DNA from: Tubiluchus corallicola
Lineage: Eukaryota; Animalia; Priapulida
Direction of reading: 5' to 3'
Assembly: GCA_030141605.1 (NCBI GenBank)
Contig: JAQGDQ010000532.1
Location: 62,001 to 126,000 of the forward strand
Length of the DNA stretch: 64,000 nt
Part shown: piece after piece, positions 37,001-48,563 of the stretch
Layout of the letters: every line of letters begins with the position of its first letter
How positions within the stretch are numbered: position 1 is the stretch's first letter
Made by a program: the position numbers and the translations under genes
The notes under the pieces: generated by a model
Databases searched by the model: none
Seen by the model: only the letters and a program-made list of their open reading frames with translations
Told to the model about the DNA's origin: nothing

Positions 37001-40000
37001 TAGCAGCTTACTGTATGTATTATCAATTATTAGCTTATTATTATTTACTATAGTGTGACTTTTCATTGAATATTGGCGAATAAAAAATAGTCGTGGACGT
37101 AAAGAATTTGTTGTTGCCTTTTTGCTATTTTGAAAATTTGCGATTATAAGCGTCAGCGCCCTGATTCTCGTTAGAGTTTAGTTGAATATGGTAGTCGGTG
37201 TATATGCGTATATCTTTACGAGACGGTGGAAACCTGGCGGTTAAATACAATATGAGCGAATGGCTTGAAACATACGTTACACAGAGTCCGAGGCAGGGTC
37301 GTACTGGCCTTTGCTGCGTTTCTTAACTAGTTTTTTTGTTAACGCCCGTTGTTAGTAAGCAGAAGTCTGGTTGTCGAAGTTGCCACACCAAGGTATTAGT
37401 AACTAACTAACTATTAACTTGAATTGATTTGAGGAAAAATATCAGGGACTGACAACTATTCGCCTGTTGAATACAAGACCACACAAAGCTGTGCGCGTTT
37501 TAAAAATTGGCTCGCAACATCTTATATTCGATGCTCACGGCGGTTTCAACACACTTTCACAAATAGTGCCTTGTCTCGCCTTGCCCGCCTTACTTTAGAA
37601 TCTTGTTTAGCAAAGCGATACTAAACCTTTTTGACTGAAGTCTATTTTTCAGTCAAGACAGTGGGGCCCTCCCCAGGCCCCCGTATTGATCCACGGGCCA
37701 TAGGTATATAGCCCGAGCACTTGTACACGAAACTGTTATTATGTACATGAAATTATTCCGTGTTTTATACAGATTATAAAAATCACTATGTTGTAATCGT
37801 CACAGGGGCCCTTCGAAGGGACTGCGGCCCCTGATGAGGGGCCTGGTTGCTAGGAGTGCCCAGGTTGTACACGAAACTGTTATTATGTACATGAAATTAT
37901 TCCGTGTTTTATACAGATTATAAAAATCACTATGTTGTAATCGTCACAGGGGCCCTTCGAAGGGAATGCGGCCCCTGATGAGGGGCCTGGTTGCTAGGAG
38001 TGCCCAGACATGTAAAGCCAGTCCATTATTACTATAAACATTGACGTTGCTGCACTTTGTATCGATTCTAATGGCAACACCGTCATCCAAAGCGAATAGC
38101 TAAATATAGGTCAAGGTTGTGAAAATGGCAAAAAAGAGCAACTTTGGCTAAAAATTCTAGACTCTTGGGAGATCGCTGGCCAAAATTTTATTTCATGCAT
38201 TTGTAGGACTAGTCAAGCTGCAAATAAAAATATATTGATTAGTCCCCCAATACCCGCCCCAGTGGAGTTATGGGGATTTCAAAATGGCGTCTAAATTCAG
38301 CAGCAGCAGACACGTATCTTTTGCAATCTGATGACACCAACTGAAAAGGAGGTTCAATTTGGCAACGATAATGGTACGGTAGGGTAAGACCCCTACTATA
38401 TATATCACCAATTAACTAGTGCTGGATCGCTCATTTACTGTCTGTAATAACGTGAGAAATAATGGGCAATTTTTTACGCCAAAATGGCCAAAATCCGAAA
38501 AAAATCAAAATGGCGGCTTTTCTCAGAAACGGCTCATTTCTGAAATCTAATATTTTGGCTGTGGAGTACATCTGAGGGGACCATCAAACCCTGTGAATAT
38601 GAACAAAATCGGTGATTTGTCACCTTCCACTATTTTGCTGATTTTCTCACGGAATGACTCTTAATTGTGTAAATTATTAATTTACAGATTTTGTTGACTT
38701 TTAGATACGCATGTAGACTTGCCAGCACGTAGTAGAGCACAGGCTGGTTACTTAGTTTATAGAGTTCTCTTTATAAGTTAAAAAAGATTCTGAAGCACCT
38801 GGCAGGATAAGTGTTTATATTGCACCGAAACCGGATGATGCCATTTTTCGTCTCAAATGAATGTGTCAAGTGTAAAGCAATCACGACTTTAAATTGATTT
38901 TACTAATTACATGAGATGCTTATCACAATTTTACTGCCAAAACTTTCTAACTTTTTCCCCAAACATTAAAATTAGCTCAACTTCCCGGAAGTCTTTTGCT
39001 TTAATATTATAAAGGTTGAAAAAATGTGCACGTTTTTGAAAGCGTGAACTCCGAGAAAGCAGAACATTGCCATGACTTCGTATTATTACTTAGTTAAATT
39101 AAATATTTAATTTATCAACTAAATAAGTTGGTTACAATCCGATAATGGACTTTTAAAAGCCAGGATTAATAAAACTGATGGTTTTTGTAAACAGAAGTTA
39201 ACTTAACAGCTAATTACTTGAAGAAGAAATATGCTAAAAAAATTGTTCACCTGTTAGTACCGAAAATCAGGAGTTATAATTCACTTTCAACTGGGAATTA
39301 TAATTCAAAGTCTTGGGTTCAAGCCCTGACTGGCTCGCGGTTCTTCACTTAATTATTTTTTCATCTTGACCTTTGCAAAATTTCAACAAGAGGAAGAAAT
39401 TGGATCCATGTGAACTGATTCAGCCATATGTTAGCAGAATTAGTACAATAGATTAAAATCATTAAACTTATTTGAGGTGGATAAAGCATTTTTTCTCATA
39501 TTTCGTAAATATTACAGGAATTTCTTGTTTTCTAGGTTTTTATATCTTACAGGTAAGAATTGCTATTCACAATGCTGGTCTCAACTTCTACGACAACCTC
39601 ATGGTTGCTGGACTTTACCAGGTCAGACCAAAAACTCCATTTATTCCAGGTAAAATAAATGTTTAGCTCTTCACCTGTGAGAAAAATATATTATATTAGT
39701 CAATTTTATGCACAAAATATGCCAACTTTGCCATTGACTGTGTCTAAAATTGCATTTTATTTTCAATATCTTAAAAGTGGTTCACAAAAAATTTAATTGT
39801 GGTTTTAAATTTAAATGCTGTTTGGTGTATTTTATTGCCTTAAAGGGTTAGCTTGTTCTAGTTGCATAGATTTTATTTGTGAACTAACATGATTAGTAAT
39901 GTCATCCAGAGCCAAGCTTCCCTTTGAAGGACAAAAACTAGCACAGTAAGAATAAAACTAGGCCTAGTTATTGTTTCAACCTGGTGGTAATTTTTACGTG

Positions 40001-43000
40001 TTTGTTGAAGTCAAGCTTTGTTGTTGAGACATTTTCTGTTCATGCATGTTTAAAGACATGTCGGAGAATATTGAAAAAGAACGACAGTAAGAAATCTGAC
40101 CAACTTGGTATTTCAACTCACAGTATTAAACTTTGTTTTTTGTACTGTGAATGTCTCACTGCTGGTGTGTTTACTACAAAAGACCATTTTATTTGTCTAT
40201 CTAAGAATGTGAATATGAATATGAATTGTATATGAATTTATACTAGTAACACTATTTTAACTGTTATCTATTCATTGTAGGTCTGGAATATTCCGGGGAA
40301 GTTGTGGAAGTTGGTGAAGAAACGGAAAGATTTCAGCCTGGTGATAGAGTTGTGGGCTTATCTCAAGGCTCTTTTGCTACCGAGACTGTTGTTACTGAAA
40401 AGGTATGGTAACGTGTTATTAATTATCATAGCAACCTGATATTGCCATAGCTACCAAATATTGATTATCTTAGGAACCATGTACTGATTGCCATAGTATC
40501 AGTAACTGGATATCCAGTACCATTGCAATCGAATGTTGATTGTCATAGCAACCAGTCATTCATTGCCATAGCAACTGATAGTGATCGCCATGGTAATCAG
40601 GTATTAATTAGCAATATTAATAAGTCATGATATGATGTGATGACATTTTTAAAACAATTTGGCACAATGTACAATGTAATCCAACATATGATGCATTTAC
40701 TGGTTTTAAAATTGTGATTATTAACAATTAATTAGTCCATTTTCCATTCCTGAATTAAAGACAATTTTTGGCAGGTTTCCAATACTGGAAAAAAATTAAA
40801 TGGCTGAGATTTTTACTTTGCTTAAGTATTGCCATTTGCCATTTGGACAAAAAAACGGACATCCAAATTTACAATTGCAAGCAGCGGTTGTTCGGTAAAG
40901 ACTTAAGATTTGGCATTAGTTTCTGTCGCAAAATTTGTCATTCTAGCGAATTCTAAAACTTGAGATTTGCTTCAGTCAGATATATGGTTGTTGCCTCATA
41001 GTATCAGTCACGAGAAGGGAGCTAGTATGCTTTCTACATACGGCACGTCACTGATGACATTAGAGCGACGAGTGAAGCTCGAAGAAGGAGAAACTGTTTT
41101 GATAACAGCTGCTGCTGGAGCTACTGGTCTTGCTGCTGTCGATATTGCTACAAATGTGTTCAAAGCAAAGGTATCGGTTTTAAATATTCTGGTTGAATTT
41201 AATAAAGTAGAGTCTACTTCGTATTTTAAACTGCCTGTTTTATTTGTGCTTTAGAATAGAATAGAGACACTGTAACTATGACTGAGTTCAACCTACTACC
41301 TATTATTTATGATTTGTCCTTATACAGTCAACCTCGTTTATAAAGGACACTCGCTCATAAGGGACCACAAACACCGGTTCCAGTTTTTCGTAATGTTTTT
41401 CCTATCTAAAAATCTTCGTACATAAGGTACTCAGTTATAAGGAACTTTCGGTTATAAGGGTTGATATCTTCAGGTCCTGCATAAGAGAAAGTCCAGGTAA
41501 ATTACCTCGCATATAAGGGCACCTTTGATCAAATATTTTTATATCCTAAAAAGCCTATGCCGAGATCCCGCGCAGGCCTGACTGTATTCCCTTGGACTAC
41601 GGTCGGGTCTTTTGACTGTAATGTTGTGGGTAAGTAGTTGGTGTCAAAGGTAATGCCGGTTCATTGGGCATTAGGCTACCAGATGAGGTATATAGGATTC
41701 ACAGGTCTAGATACACCTTTGGTCTGTCTCAACTTCGGCTATAAGGGACGATTTTTCCCAACCTAGAGGTGTCTTTTATAACCGAGGTTGACTATACTTT
41801 AAATGGGATGGTGTATTTGCGGAATGGTGCAAACCATTTGAAATCTTCAAACCTGTGTGAAATCTCAACCTTTCAAATTCCTTATTTTCAAATATTGCCT
41901 AATCTTTTGGGTGCTCAGCAGACAAAGTATTTTCATGGTAAACGGTGGGTTTCCGCACAGTTCCGCCCCCTGACACTGATTGTACTTATTACCCTGAATG
42001 CATATTTATTGCACTGATTGTATACTAATTACACTCTTGATATAAAGTATTTTATCGTGTTAAGGAATATGCAGGTACGATCTTCATACATGGCAGTATA
42101 CATTAGAATTATTGGCAGTCATCAAATGGTATGCTGAGATTTGTAGAATAAAATTCTATAACCATAAGAACTGTTTTGGTGCGTCAAGTGTGTTGGCACC
42201 CTAGAGAACCACAGAGAATAGCTTGTCTAGTCAAAATAAAAACTGGTTCTTACAAGTATGTCTACCGATAAGCCCGGAGTGGCATGTGATGAAATTTATA
42301 TTTTTATATTGGCAGTCATCGCCAGTTATGGAAACCGAGCACTTTTCCTTTTAGTGAGAGCACAAGTAGTGTTTGACTTACAACCACATCGGTTTTGGCA
42401 GATTGGTCATAAAACGAGTTGGTCACAAGTTCACAAGTCAGACGCATGTTTTCAACAAGTATTGCGGCCCCTCCACATTACAAGTTGTGTGTGCACTTTG
42501 TACGTGCAACAAGTATTGCGGCCCCTCCACATTACAAGTTGTGTGTGCACTTTGTACGTGCAACAAGTATTGCGGCCCCTCCACATTACAAGTTGTGTGT
42601 TCCTTGTATACATGCAACAAGTATTGCGGCCCCTGCACATTACATGTTGTATGTTCCCTGTGTACGTGCAACAAGTATTGCGGCCCCTGCACATTACATG
42701 TTGTATGTTCCCATGTACATGCAAATAGTTTTCTAAATAAATATGCAAACGAACGTTGGCATGGTAACGGGCCAATTGAAATCCATTCAATTATCATTAA
42801 AAAAATAATTTAAGTTGGAAAATTTGTTGACTAGCATTTTCACCTGTCAGAAAGAAATTTGCACTTGCCAGTTTTGAACTTGGGCTGCCCACACCACTTG
42901 CATGGAAAAATTAGAAGTGTTGAGAAAAAAGAAAATGTTGAAAGTAGTCCATAATAAGATATAGGTACAGGCTGTACATACAGCTGTTTTACTTTGTGTA

Positions 43001-46000
43001 TTCAGTTTGTTTAGTTTTTCTGGAGATATATTCATTTGTCCTTTTTACATGGACCTTTTCGCTGTACTTCATTACCTTGTGTAGCCATCTGTATAAAAAT
43101 GTACATTGAATTATTTTTGTAACTGTTTACCCTATATAGATTAATTTCCTAATGCTTCAATTTAGGTTATAGCAGCTGCCGGTAGTGAAGAGAAATGCAG
43201 CCTCGTCCGAGAAAGAGGCGCCTTTGCAACTGTAGATTACACTTTGGAAAGCATAAAAGACAAAGTGAAAAGTATTACGGAAGGAAAAGGTGTTGATGTG
43301 ATACTAGACTTTGTAGGTGGCGATGTGTTTGATCAATGTTTAAAATGGTAAGCAATTAACTTTTGTCTGAATGGTTTTTGTTAGGTGCTGCAACATGGTA
43401 TGTAAAAATCAAAGGAAAAGTGACCAAGGAGCCATTGGCCATCCACATATAATGATATCAAGTTTAGGGTAGGTATATTAAACAGTGTAGGTGTAGGTAG
43501 GTATAGGAAAAGTGCCAGGAAACGTGATAACATCATACAAGGTAATATGCATTATAATGCAAGGTAAGTAGGTGACTTAGTCGCGATATCATTACCTGAC
43601 CTGACTTCATACTGTTTTCATACGTGTCTCCCAGCAACAATCACCACAGCTAAAGCAACTATCGCGGTACAATTAAAACTCTTTGTAAATGTCAACTGCA
43701 CTAGGCTAGTTCATTGTTTAAAATTATACTAGGAATAGCTTAAACTTGTGCCTTTGCTTTCATTAATTAATTGTTTGTTTAATTGTATTTGCTAATTAGC
43801 ATTTTATAGAAAAGGTTTGGTAATTTTGATTCGTGTATTAAAGCTTGTTTGATTGTTGGTACAGTACCACAAAAACACTGTGAAACATACGGTTTTCTCT
43901 AGTTCTTGTTTTTTGCAGGTTTTTATTTGTTATTGGTGTGCTTGCAAACCTAAACCATCCATAAGTAGGGCATAGTAACAACTACAGTATTATGCTTTAA
44001 AGTAGAATGTCCTAAAAATTTGGTCAAATGTCAGTTTTTATAAAAATAAATGCTAAATATATTAGACTTTTATATTCTAACATCAAATTATCAAGAAAAT
44101 GTTCAAATATACTAAAAATCTAATTTTCTAACCATGTACGTAACCATTTTTCTTGTTTACCACAATTCCAAAAAACGTATTTTCAAACTCCGATAGTAGC
44201 TTGCGGAAGCATTAATTTTGCTTCGGGTTTTTTCTGTTGCTAAGCCCAGATCTTCGTCGGGAAAAGTCATTTACTGGATTTAAGAATAACTTCAATCTGC
44301 TCTTCCAGAGCCCCTAGCATCCAAAATTTGTGTGGTTGCTAAGTGTTTTGTAGAAATGCAACAACAAAACAATAGCAGTGATTTTCTCAAGATTTGTTTT
44401 TCAGTGTGCAGCCTGCACTTCAACTTCAATGTGGATTATCTCAGCTTAAAAATGACATAGAGTGATGAACTTGGTATCAAAGTGATCCTCATGAAATGGA
44501 AGTTTTGGATTTGTGAATATTAGAAAAGCTTAACTGCCGATTTATGGCACGATTTTGCTATGCAAGCACACACTTTGTACAACCTGGAATTATTCGTATT
44601 TCAGTCAAACATGATTTTTTCTTACAATAATTAGGGAAAGTTTCTTTATTAAAAAATGAGAAAAAAGAAAATGCTAGTCTAGGATTTGAACTCAAGACTC
44701 AGTACTGAAGTGTATTCTTTGTGTTATCAACTGATTTACACTTGTTCAGCTTGCAGAACTGGCCCCAGACTTTTGTCATTAAGTTCCACTAGGTTTGACT
44801 AGACTTGCTGGCAATAATTTAATATTTTATTAACAACTAGTAATCATTCTTATAAAACATCACTTTCTGGAAAAACAGCATTTTCTGTGGAAACATCTCC
44901 TCTTACAGACAGACCTTGTGTTTCAGCATTGCCTGGGAGGGAAGGGTCGTAATTCTTGGCTTCACTTCCGGAACTATTCCTCAAATTCCAGCCAATCAGC
45001 TCTTGCTAAAAAACATTTCTGTGTTGGGCAGTTACTGGGGCGAATACAGTAATTGGCAGCCAGACCGTTTCCAGGTGTGTGTTAGTTTATAATCGAGTAG
45101 CATGTTTTTTTTGTTTGTTCAACTTATTTTAACTAACTTTTAATCAGCCTGTTTACAATAATCATAGTTGTGTCATGGTCTTCAAATTTTTGTCGTCCAT
45201 CCTTCTTGGCAATTTCTTTTGGAATATGCGAATGTATTTAATTTTGGGTTGTTTGTGAAGTAACTAGCAAGCAACTAGATTTATAGTAAACTCTATAAAG
45301 AGGTTTATTTTGCCGTGATTCTGTTATCAACATCTCATTGTTCTTTCACACCACAAAACTTGGCACTTGTTTACTTATAATGATACAAAAATGCCTATTC
45401 CGAATTTTCATAAAAATCAGATCTATGACAATGGTAAATAGTGTTGTAAATGATATATTTAGGCAATGTGCCAATGAAGGTTATTAAATTTTAAGCTCTT
45501 ACAAATGCTTACGAGCAAAACGTGTGTGCGTATGTATGTACAATTGTGCATAGTTGTATGCGTGTGTGCGTATGTATGTACAATTGTGCGTAGTTGTATG
45601 CGTGTGCGCGTATGTATGTACAATTGTGCGTAGTTGTATGCGTGTGTGTGTATATGCAGTAAGCGTGTAACCCAATGCTTTGCTTTCTGGATTAGTCTTG
45701 ATAAAAAATATGGATTCATCTTGGTTATGCCGACAATAGTTGCCCACGGATGAAACAATTGACCTAATTGCTATGGAAGGAAAGGAAGTGGCATAGCTGA
45801 TGCAGTTCTCAGTGTTAGCATATATGCATTAAATGCAGCAGATGGTAAAATTGCTTTTGACAGGCACAGCAAAGGGGGTGACAGGGGGCTATTGTCCCCG
45901 GCAAGGCAAGGTGACAGTGCACAAAATTTTTCTAGAGTTTAATGATTATTAATTATTAATTCGACATTAGCAATTAACAAAAGTTTTTAAACTGCAGCAA

Positions 46001-48563
46001 AATTGCCTAGTCAGAGATTATAGTAGCCGCCTTAGTTACTACGTACAGCTTAGAAAAAAAGCTAATGTTATTTAACGGCGTGTGTAAGGTGATCATGGCT
46101 GAGCAGATAATTTTGAGAGTAACAGTAGCATGATTCTTTAGATGCCAATTTATTATTGTGAAAACCTGTAGTGTTCTGTTGTATCTTTCTTAATCTTTGC
46201 TTTTTAATACTGGAGCTGAATGTCTAACGACTGTCCTGTTAGGAACTGCTTTTCCAGACCGATGCATAGAAAAAAATCGTTCACATCATCATGCTGAAAA
46301 GGGAAAGTGCGACTCCAGGATGCAAATAATTTAACAATTTGTGGCTTCACCCACGAAACAAATGAGCAAAACATTAAAAAGTTGGGGTGCCAGAAGTTCT
46401 TTACCCCCCCGAGTGCCACAAGCACTTACTATGCCACTGTTATTTTTTATTCTAGCAGTCTGTCCTGACGTGTTTTCTTTCATGATTTTCATCCTGTAAG
46501 TTTTTGGTTAACAGTTCCTTCTAGGCTGCTAGCATCTTTTGGGAGGAAAGCTGGGATGTCAACTGAGGAAAAGCACTATTTCATTGATAGGTGGAGGCAC
46601 TTGTGATTTACATTCAGAAATTAATAAAAACATTGGAATTGGTGTGCAACATTTTGATAAGGCAAATTTGAACGGTCCCAGTTTATATTTTCAGGATAAT
46701 TCCAGGTTGTTTTAGCAGCATCTTAGAAAGGGCTTTGTATTCCCAGGATAATTACAAGTGCAAGATTTTATAAGGCAAATTTGAACCGTCCCAGTTTGTA
46801 TATTCAGGATAATTCCAGGTTGTTTTAGCAGCATCTTAGAAACGGCTTTGTATTCCCAGGATAATTACAAGTGCAAGATTTTGATAAGGCAAATTTGGAC
46901 GTTCCCAGTTTGTATATTCAGGATAATTCCAGGTTGTTTTAGCAGCATCTTAGAAAGGGCTTTGTATTCCCAGGATAATTACAAGTGCAAGATTTTGATA
47001 AGGCAAATTTGAACCGTCCCAGTTTGTATATTCAGGATAATTCCAGGTTGTTTTAGCAGCATCTTAGAAAGGGCTTTGTATTCCCAGGATAATTACAAGT
47101 GCAAGATTTTGATAAGGCAAATTTGAAAAGGGCTTTGTATTCCCGGGATAATTACAAGTTTTTTTCAGCGTGGCTTGGGAAGGGAGGCTGGCAGTTCTCG
47201 GCTTTACTTCCGGAATTATTCCAAAGGTGCCCGCTAACTTGCCTCTTCTTCGTAACTTTTCTGTTGTGGGTTCTTTGTGGAGCGGTGGAGGGAAGCAAGA
47301 GGTCTTTCAGGTACCTCCAATTCCTAGAACATTTGAAAATTCAGATCATTTATCAGGTAGAGAAAGTTGTAGAAGGTGCATTTACAAACAGGATACTAGT
47401 TCACTTTTCTTAGGGTCTGAATACTTTATTTTTCAGGTAGAATTTTCTTACAATTTTTCAGTAAATATTTTTGGAACGGATACAAATGCAGATATCTGTG
47501 CATCAGAAATAAATTGTATTTGTATCAATTAGCAAAACATTGTAAGAGGTTGTTTAGGAATGGAGAAGCAAAGGAAGATCTTTTTCTAGCTTTAGGTTGA
47601 GCAGAGAAAGAATGCAGTTGATTTTGCAATTGCATATGTAATTAATACCAAGCTTGCAGGGCAGGTTGCTAAGTGTTGCTGTTTTGCCTACATGGCATTA
47701 GAGTATGGTGGTCATAAACTCTAAGCAACTCAGTGATGAGACAATAGATAATTTTATGTGTTTCCCTCAAGGTGTACAAATTTCACTTATGCTCACAAGT
47801 TTTTTTTATTACTTATGTTTGTGTTCATTTTGTAAAACTACAATTGCAAAAGTCATTTTCTACACAGAATATTAAATTAACTTAGTTTAAGTGACAAGTT
47901 ATGAAACATTATATTATGAAGTCTTCCATTTGCTGTTCTGCCTAAACTCAACAGCAGCAGCTAAATCTGACCTGTATGTATGCTGCTCAAATATCAGTAA
48001 GATAGAGCTGCATTAAAAAGGTTTACCAGTTATTACTATTAATACTATTAATTACTGCACTAACTGATAAGTTGAACGTCATTTTTTTGCAGAAAAATGT
48101 GGAAGATGTTATCAATATGGTCTCTCAACAATATGTAGACCCGTACATCTACAAGGTTTATCCGTTAGAACAGGTAAGTCTTTCTTAATTTCACTTTGTA
48201 TTTTGTTTATACATTCTCAGATGAACTAATTTTCTTTGAAATTTGTAAAATTGCATGTAAACAGTCGTCTGTATGGCAGCTACAACTAGGTTTAATTTAA
48301 TGTTGATAAAATGGTTAGTTTCCTAAACATTTGAAAGCATTCTAGCATCAGTTAGTTTCACAATTATTTTGGTACATGGCGACAATTAACTGTGCTGGTA
48401 ATCGTAACAATATATTACACGTGGTGACACCTACTGACAAAAAAGAGAACCATTACGCTGATGCCTCTTTAATGTTGATTTTTTATCCCAGATTAATGAG
48501 GCCATGAAGTTAATCAGCGAGCGGAAATCCATGGGAAAAATTGTCATCTCCATGGCAACGTGA
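33943..48563 (+). CDS. CRYZL2: Quinone oxidoreductase-like protein 2 (zeta-crystallin/MDR family, NADPH-dependent), 9 exons, ~361 aa
   Basis: Exons 33943-34019, 34284-34395, 39553-39649, 40281-40402, 40976-41170, 43166-43347, 44927-45074 (or 47169-47310), 48093-48173, 48492-48563; all GT-AG and phase-compatible. Motifs AAVCTKLKEPL, GLNFYD..PFIPGLEYSGEV, TAAAGATGLAAVD (nucleotide-binding), GKGVDVILDFVGG, AWEGR..GF, RKSMGKIVI. Confidence 0.93.
34284..34395 (+). CDS. CRYZL2: CRYZL2 exon 2
   Basis: TTAG acceptor; LPNVNTLRSFTAAVCTKLKEPLVIQDMPQQKHLKQGE; GT donor. Confidence 0.9.
36041..36970. repeat. Compound (TC/TG) microsatellite, ~930 bp
   Basis: TCTCTG/TCTGTG arrays. Confidence 0.97.
37720..38008. 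repeat. ~146 bp direct duplication inside the TTAA-flanked element
   Basis: TTGTACACGAAACTG...GGAGTGCCCAG twice, near-identical. Confidence 0.92.
39553..39649 (+). CDS. CRYZL2: CRYZL2 exon 3
   Basis: VRIAIHNAGLNFYDNLMVAGLYQVRPKTPFIPG; AG/GT flanks. Confidence 0.93.
40281..40402 (+). CDS. CRYZL2: CRYZL2 exon 4
   Basis: LEYSGEVVEVGEETERFQPGDRVVGLSQGSFATETVVTEK; AG/GT flanks. Confidence 0.93.
40976..41170 (+). CDS. CRYZL2: CRYZL2 exon 5
   Basis: SDIWLLPH...GETVLITAAAGATGLAAVDIATNVFKAK; Rossmann glycine motif. Confidence 0.93.
41325..41794. mobile_element. Tc1/mariner-pogo type MITE
   Basis: TA|CAGTCAACCTCGTTTATAAAGGACAC ... GTGTCTTTTATAACCGAGGTTGACTA|TA; internal TATAAGGG repeats. Confidence 0.85.
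42453..42724. repeat. 54 bp minisatellite, 5 copies
   Basis: CAACAAGTATTGCGGCCCCT... unit. Confidence 0.95.
43166..43347 (+). CDS. CRYZL2: CRYZL2 exon 6
   Basis: VIAAAGSEEKCSLVRERGA...GKGVDVILDFVGGDVFDQCLK; donor TG|GTAAGC, phase 2. Confidence 0.93.
43936..44571. mobile_element. MITE family A, copy 1
   Basis: Termini GTGTGCTTGCA / TGCAAGCACAC with ~45 bp imperfect TIR; colinear with 55497-56017. Confidence 0.8.
44927..45074 (+). CDS. CRYZL2: CRYZL2 exon 7a (mutually exclusive alternative)
   Basis: TTTCAG|C, IAWEGRVVILGFTSGTIPQIPANQLLLKNISVLGSYWGEYSNWQPDRFQ, CAG|GT; phase 2 to 0. Confidence 0.9.
45521..45655. repeat. 40 bp tandem repeat x3.3
   Basis: CGTGTGTGCGTATGTATGTACAATTGTGCRTAGTTGTATG. 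Confidence 0.9.
45787..46439. mobile_element. Decayed hAT-like MITE between exons 7a and 7b
   Basis: AGTGGCATAG ... CTATGCCACTG inverted ends with G/C-run subterminal patches. Confidence 0.4.
46644..47160. repeat. ~114 bp tandem repeat, ~4.5 copies, abutting exon 7b
   Basis: GTGCAA start at 46644, 46758, 46871, 46985, 47099. Confidence 0.95.
47169..47310 (+). CDS. CRYZL2: CRYZL2 exon 7b (duplicated, mutually exclusive alternative)
   Basis: TTTTTTCAG|C, VAWEGRLAVLGFTSGIIPKVPANLPLLRNFSVVGSLWSGGGKQEVFQ, CAG|GT; phase 2 to 0, no stop. Confidence 0.8.
48093..48173 (+). CDS. CRYZL2: CRYZL2 exon 8
   Basis: KNVEDVINMVSQQYVDPYIYKVYPLEQ; TTTTGCAG / GTAAGT. Confidence 0.92.
48492..48563 (+). CDS. CRYZL2: CRYZL2 exon 9 (terminal)
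   Basis: INEAMKLISERKSMGKIVISMAT then TGA; AATAAA at ~48773. Confidence 0.92.
   Translation: MNEAMKLISERKSMGKIVISMAT

Larger units (their letters stand above)
35423..38660. mobile_element. Non-autonomous DNA transposon, ~500 bp TIRs, TTAA target duplication (Kolobok-like), in CRYZL2 intron 2
   Basis: TTAA|GAGTCATTCCG...CGGAATGACTC|TTAA; 35423-~35918 is the diverged reverse complement of ~38175-38660; no transposase ORF inside. Confidence 0.85.

Noticed and set aside
37800-37862. Hammerhead at CTGATGAGGGGCC
   Set aside because: No correctly placed GAAA and stem II closure; looks like a GC-palindromic transposon subterminal sequence.
42258-42813. Cys-rich repeat ORFs in five frames
   Set aside because: Produced by a 54 bp (3n) intronic minisatellite.
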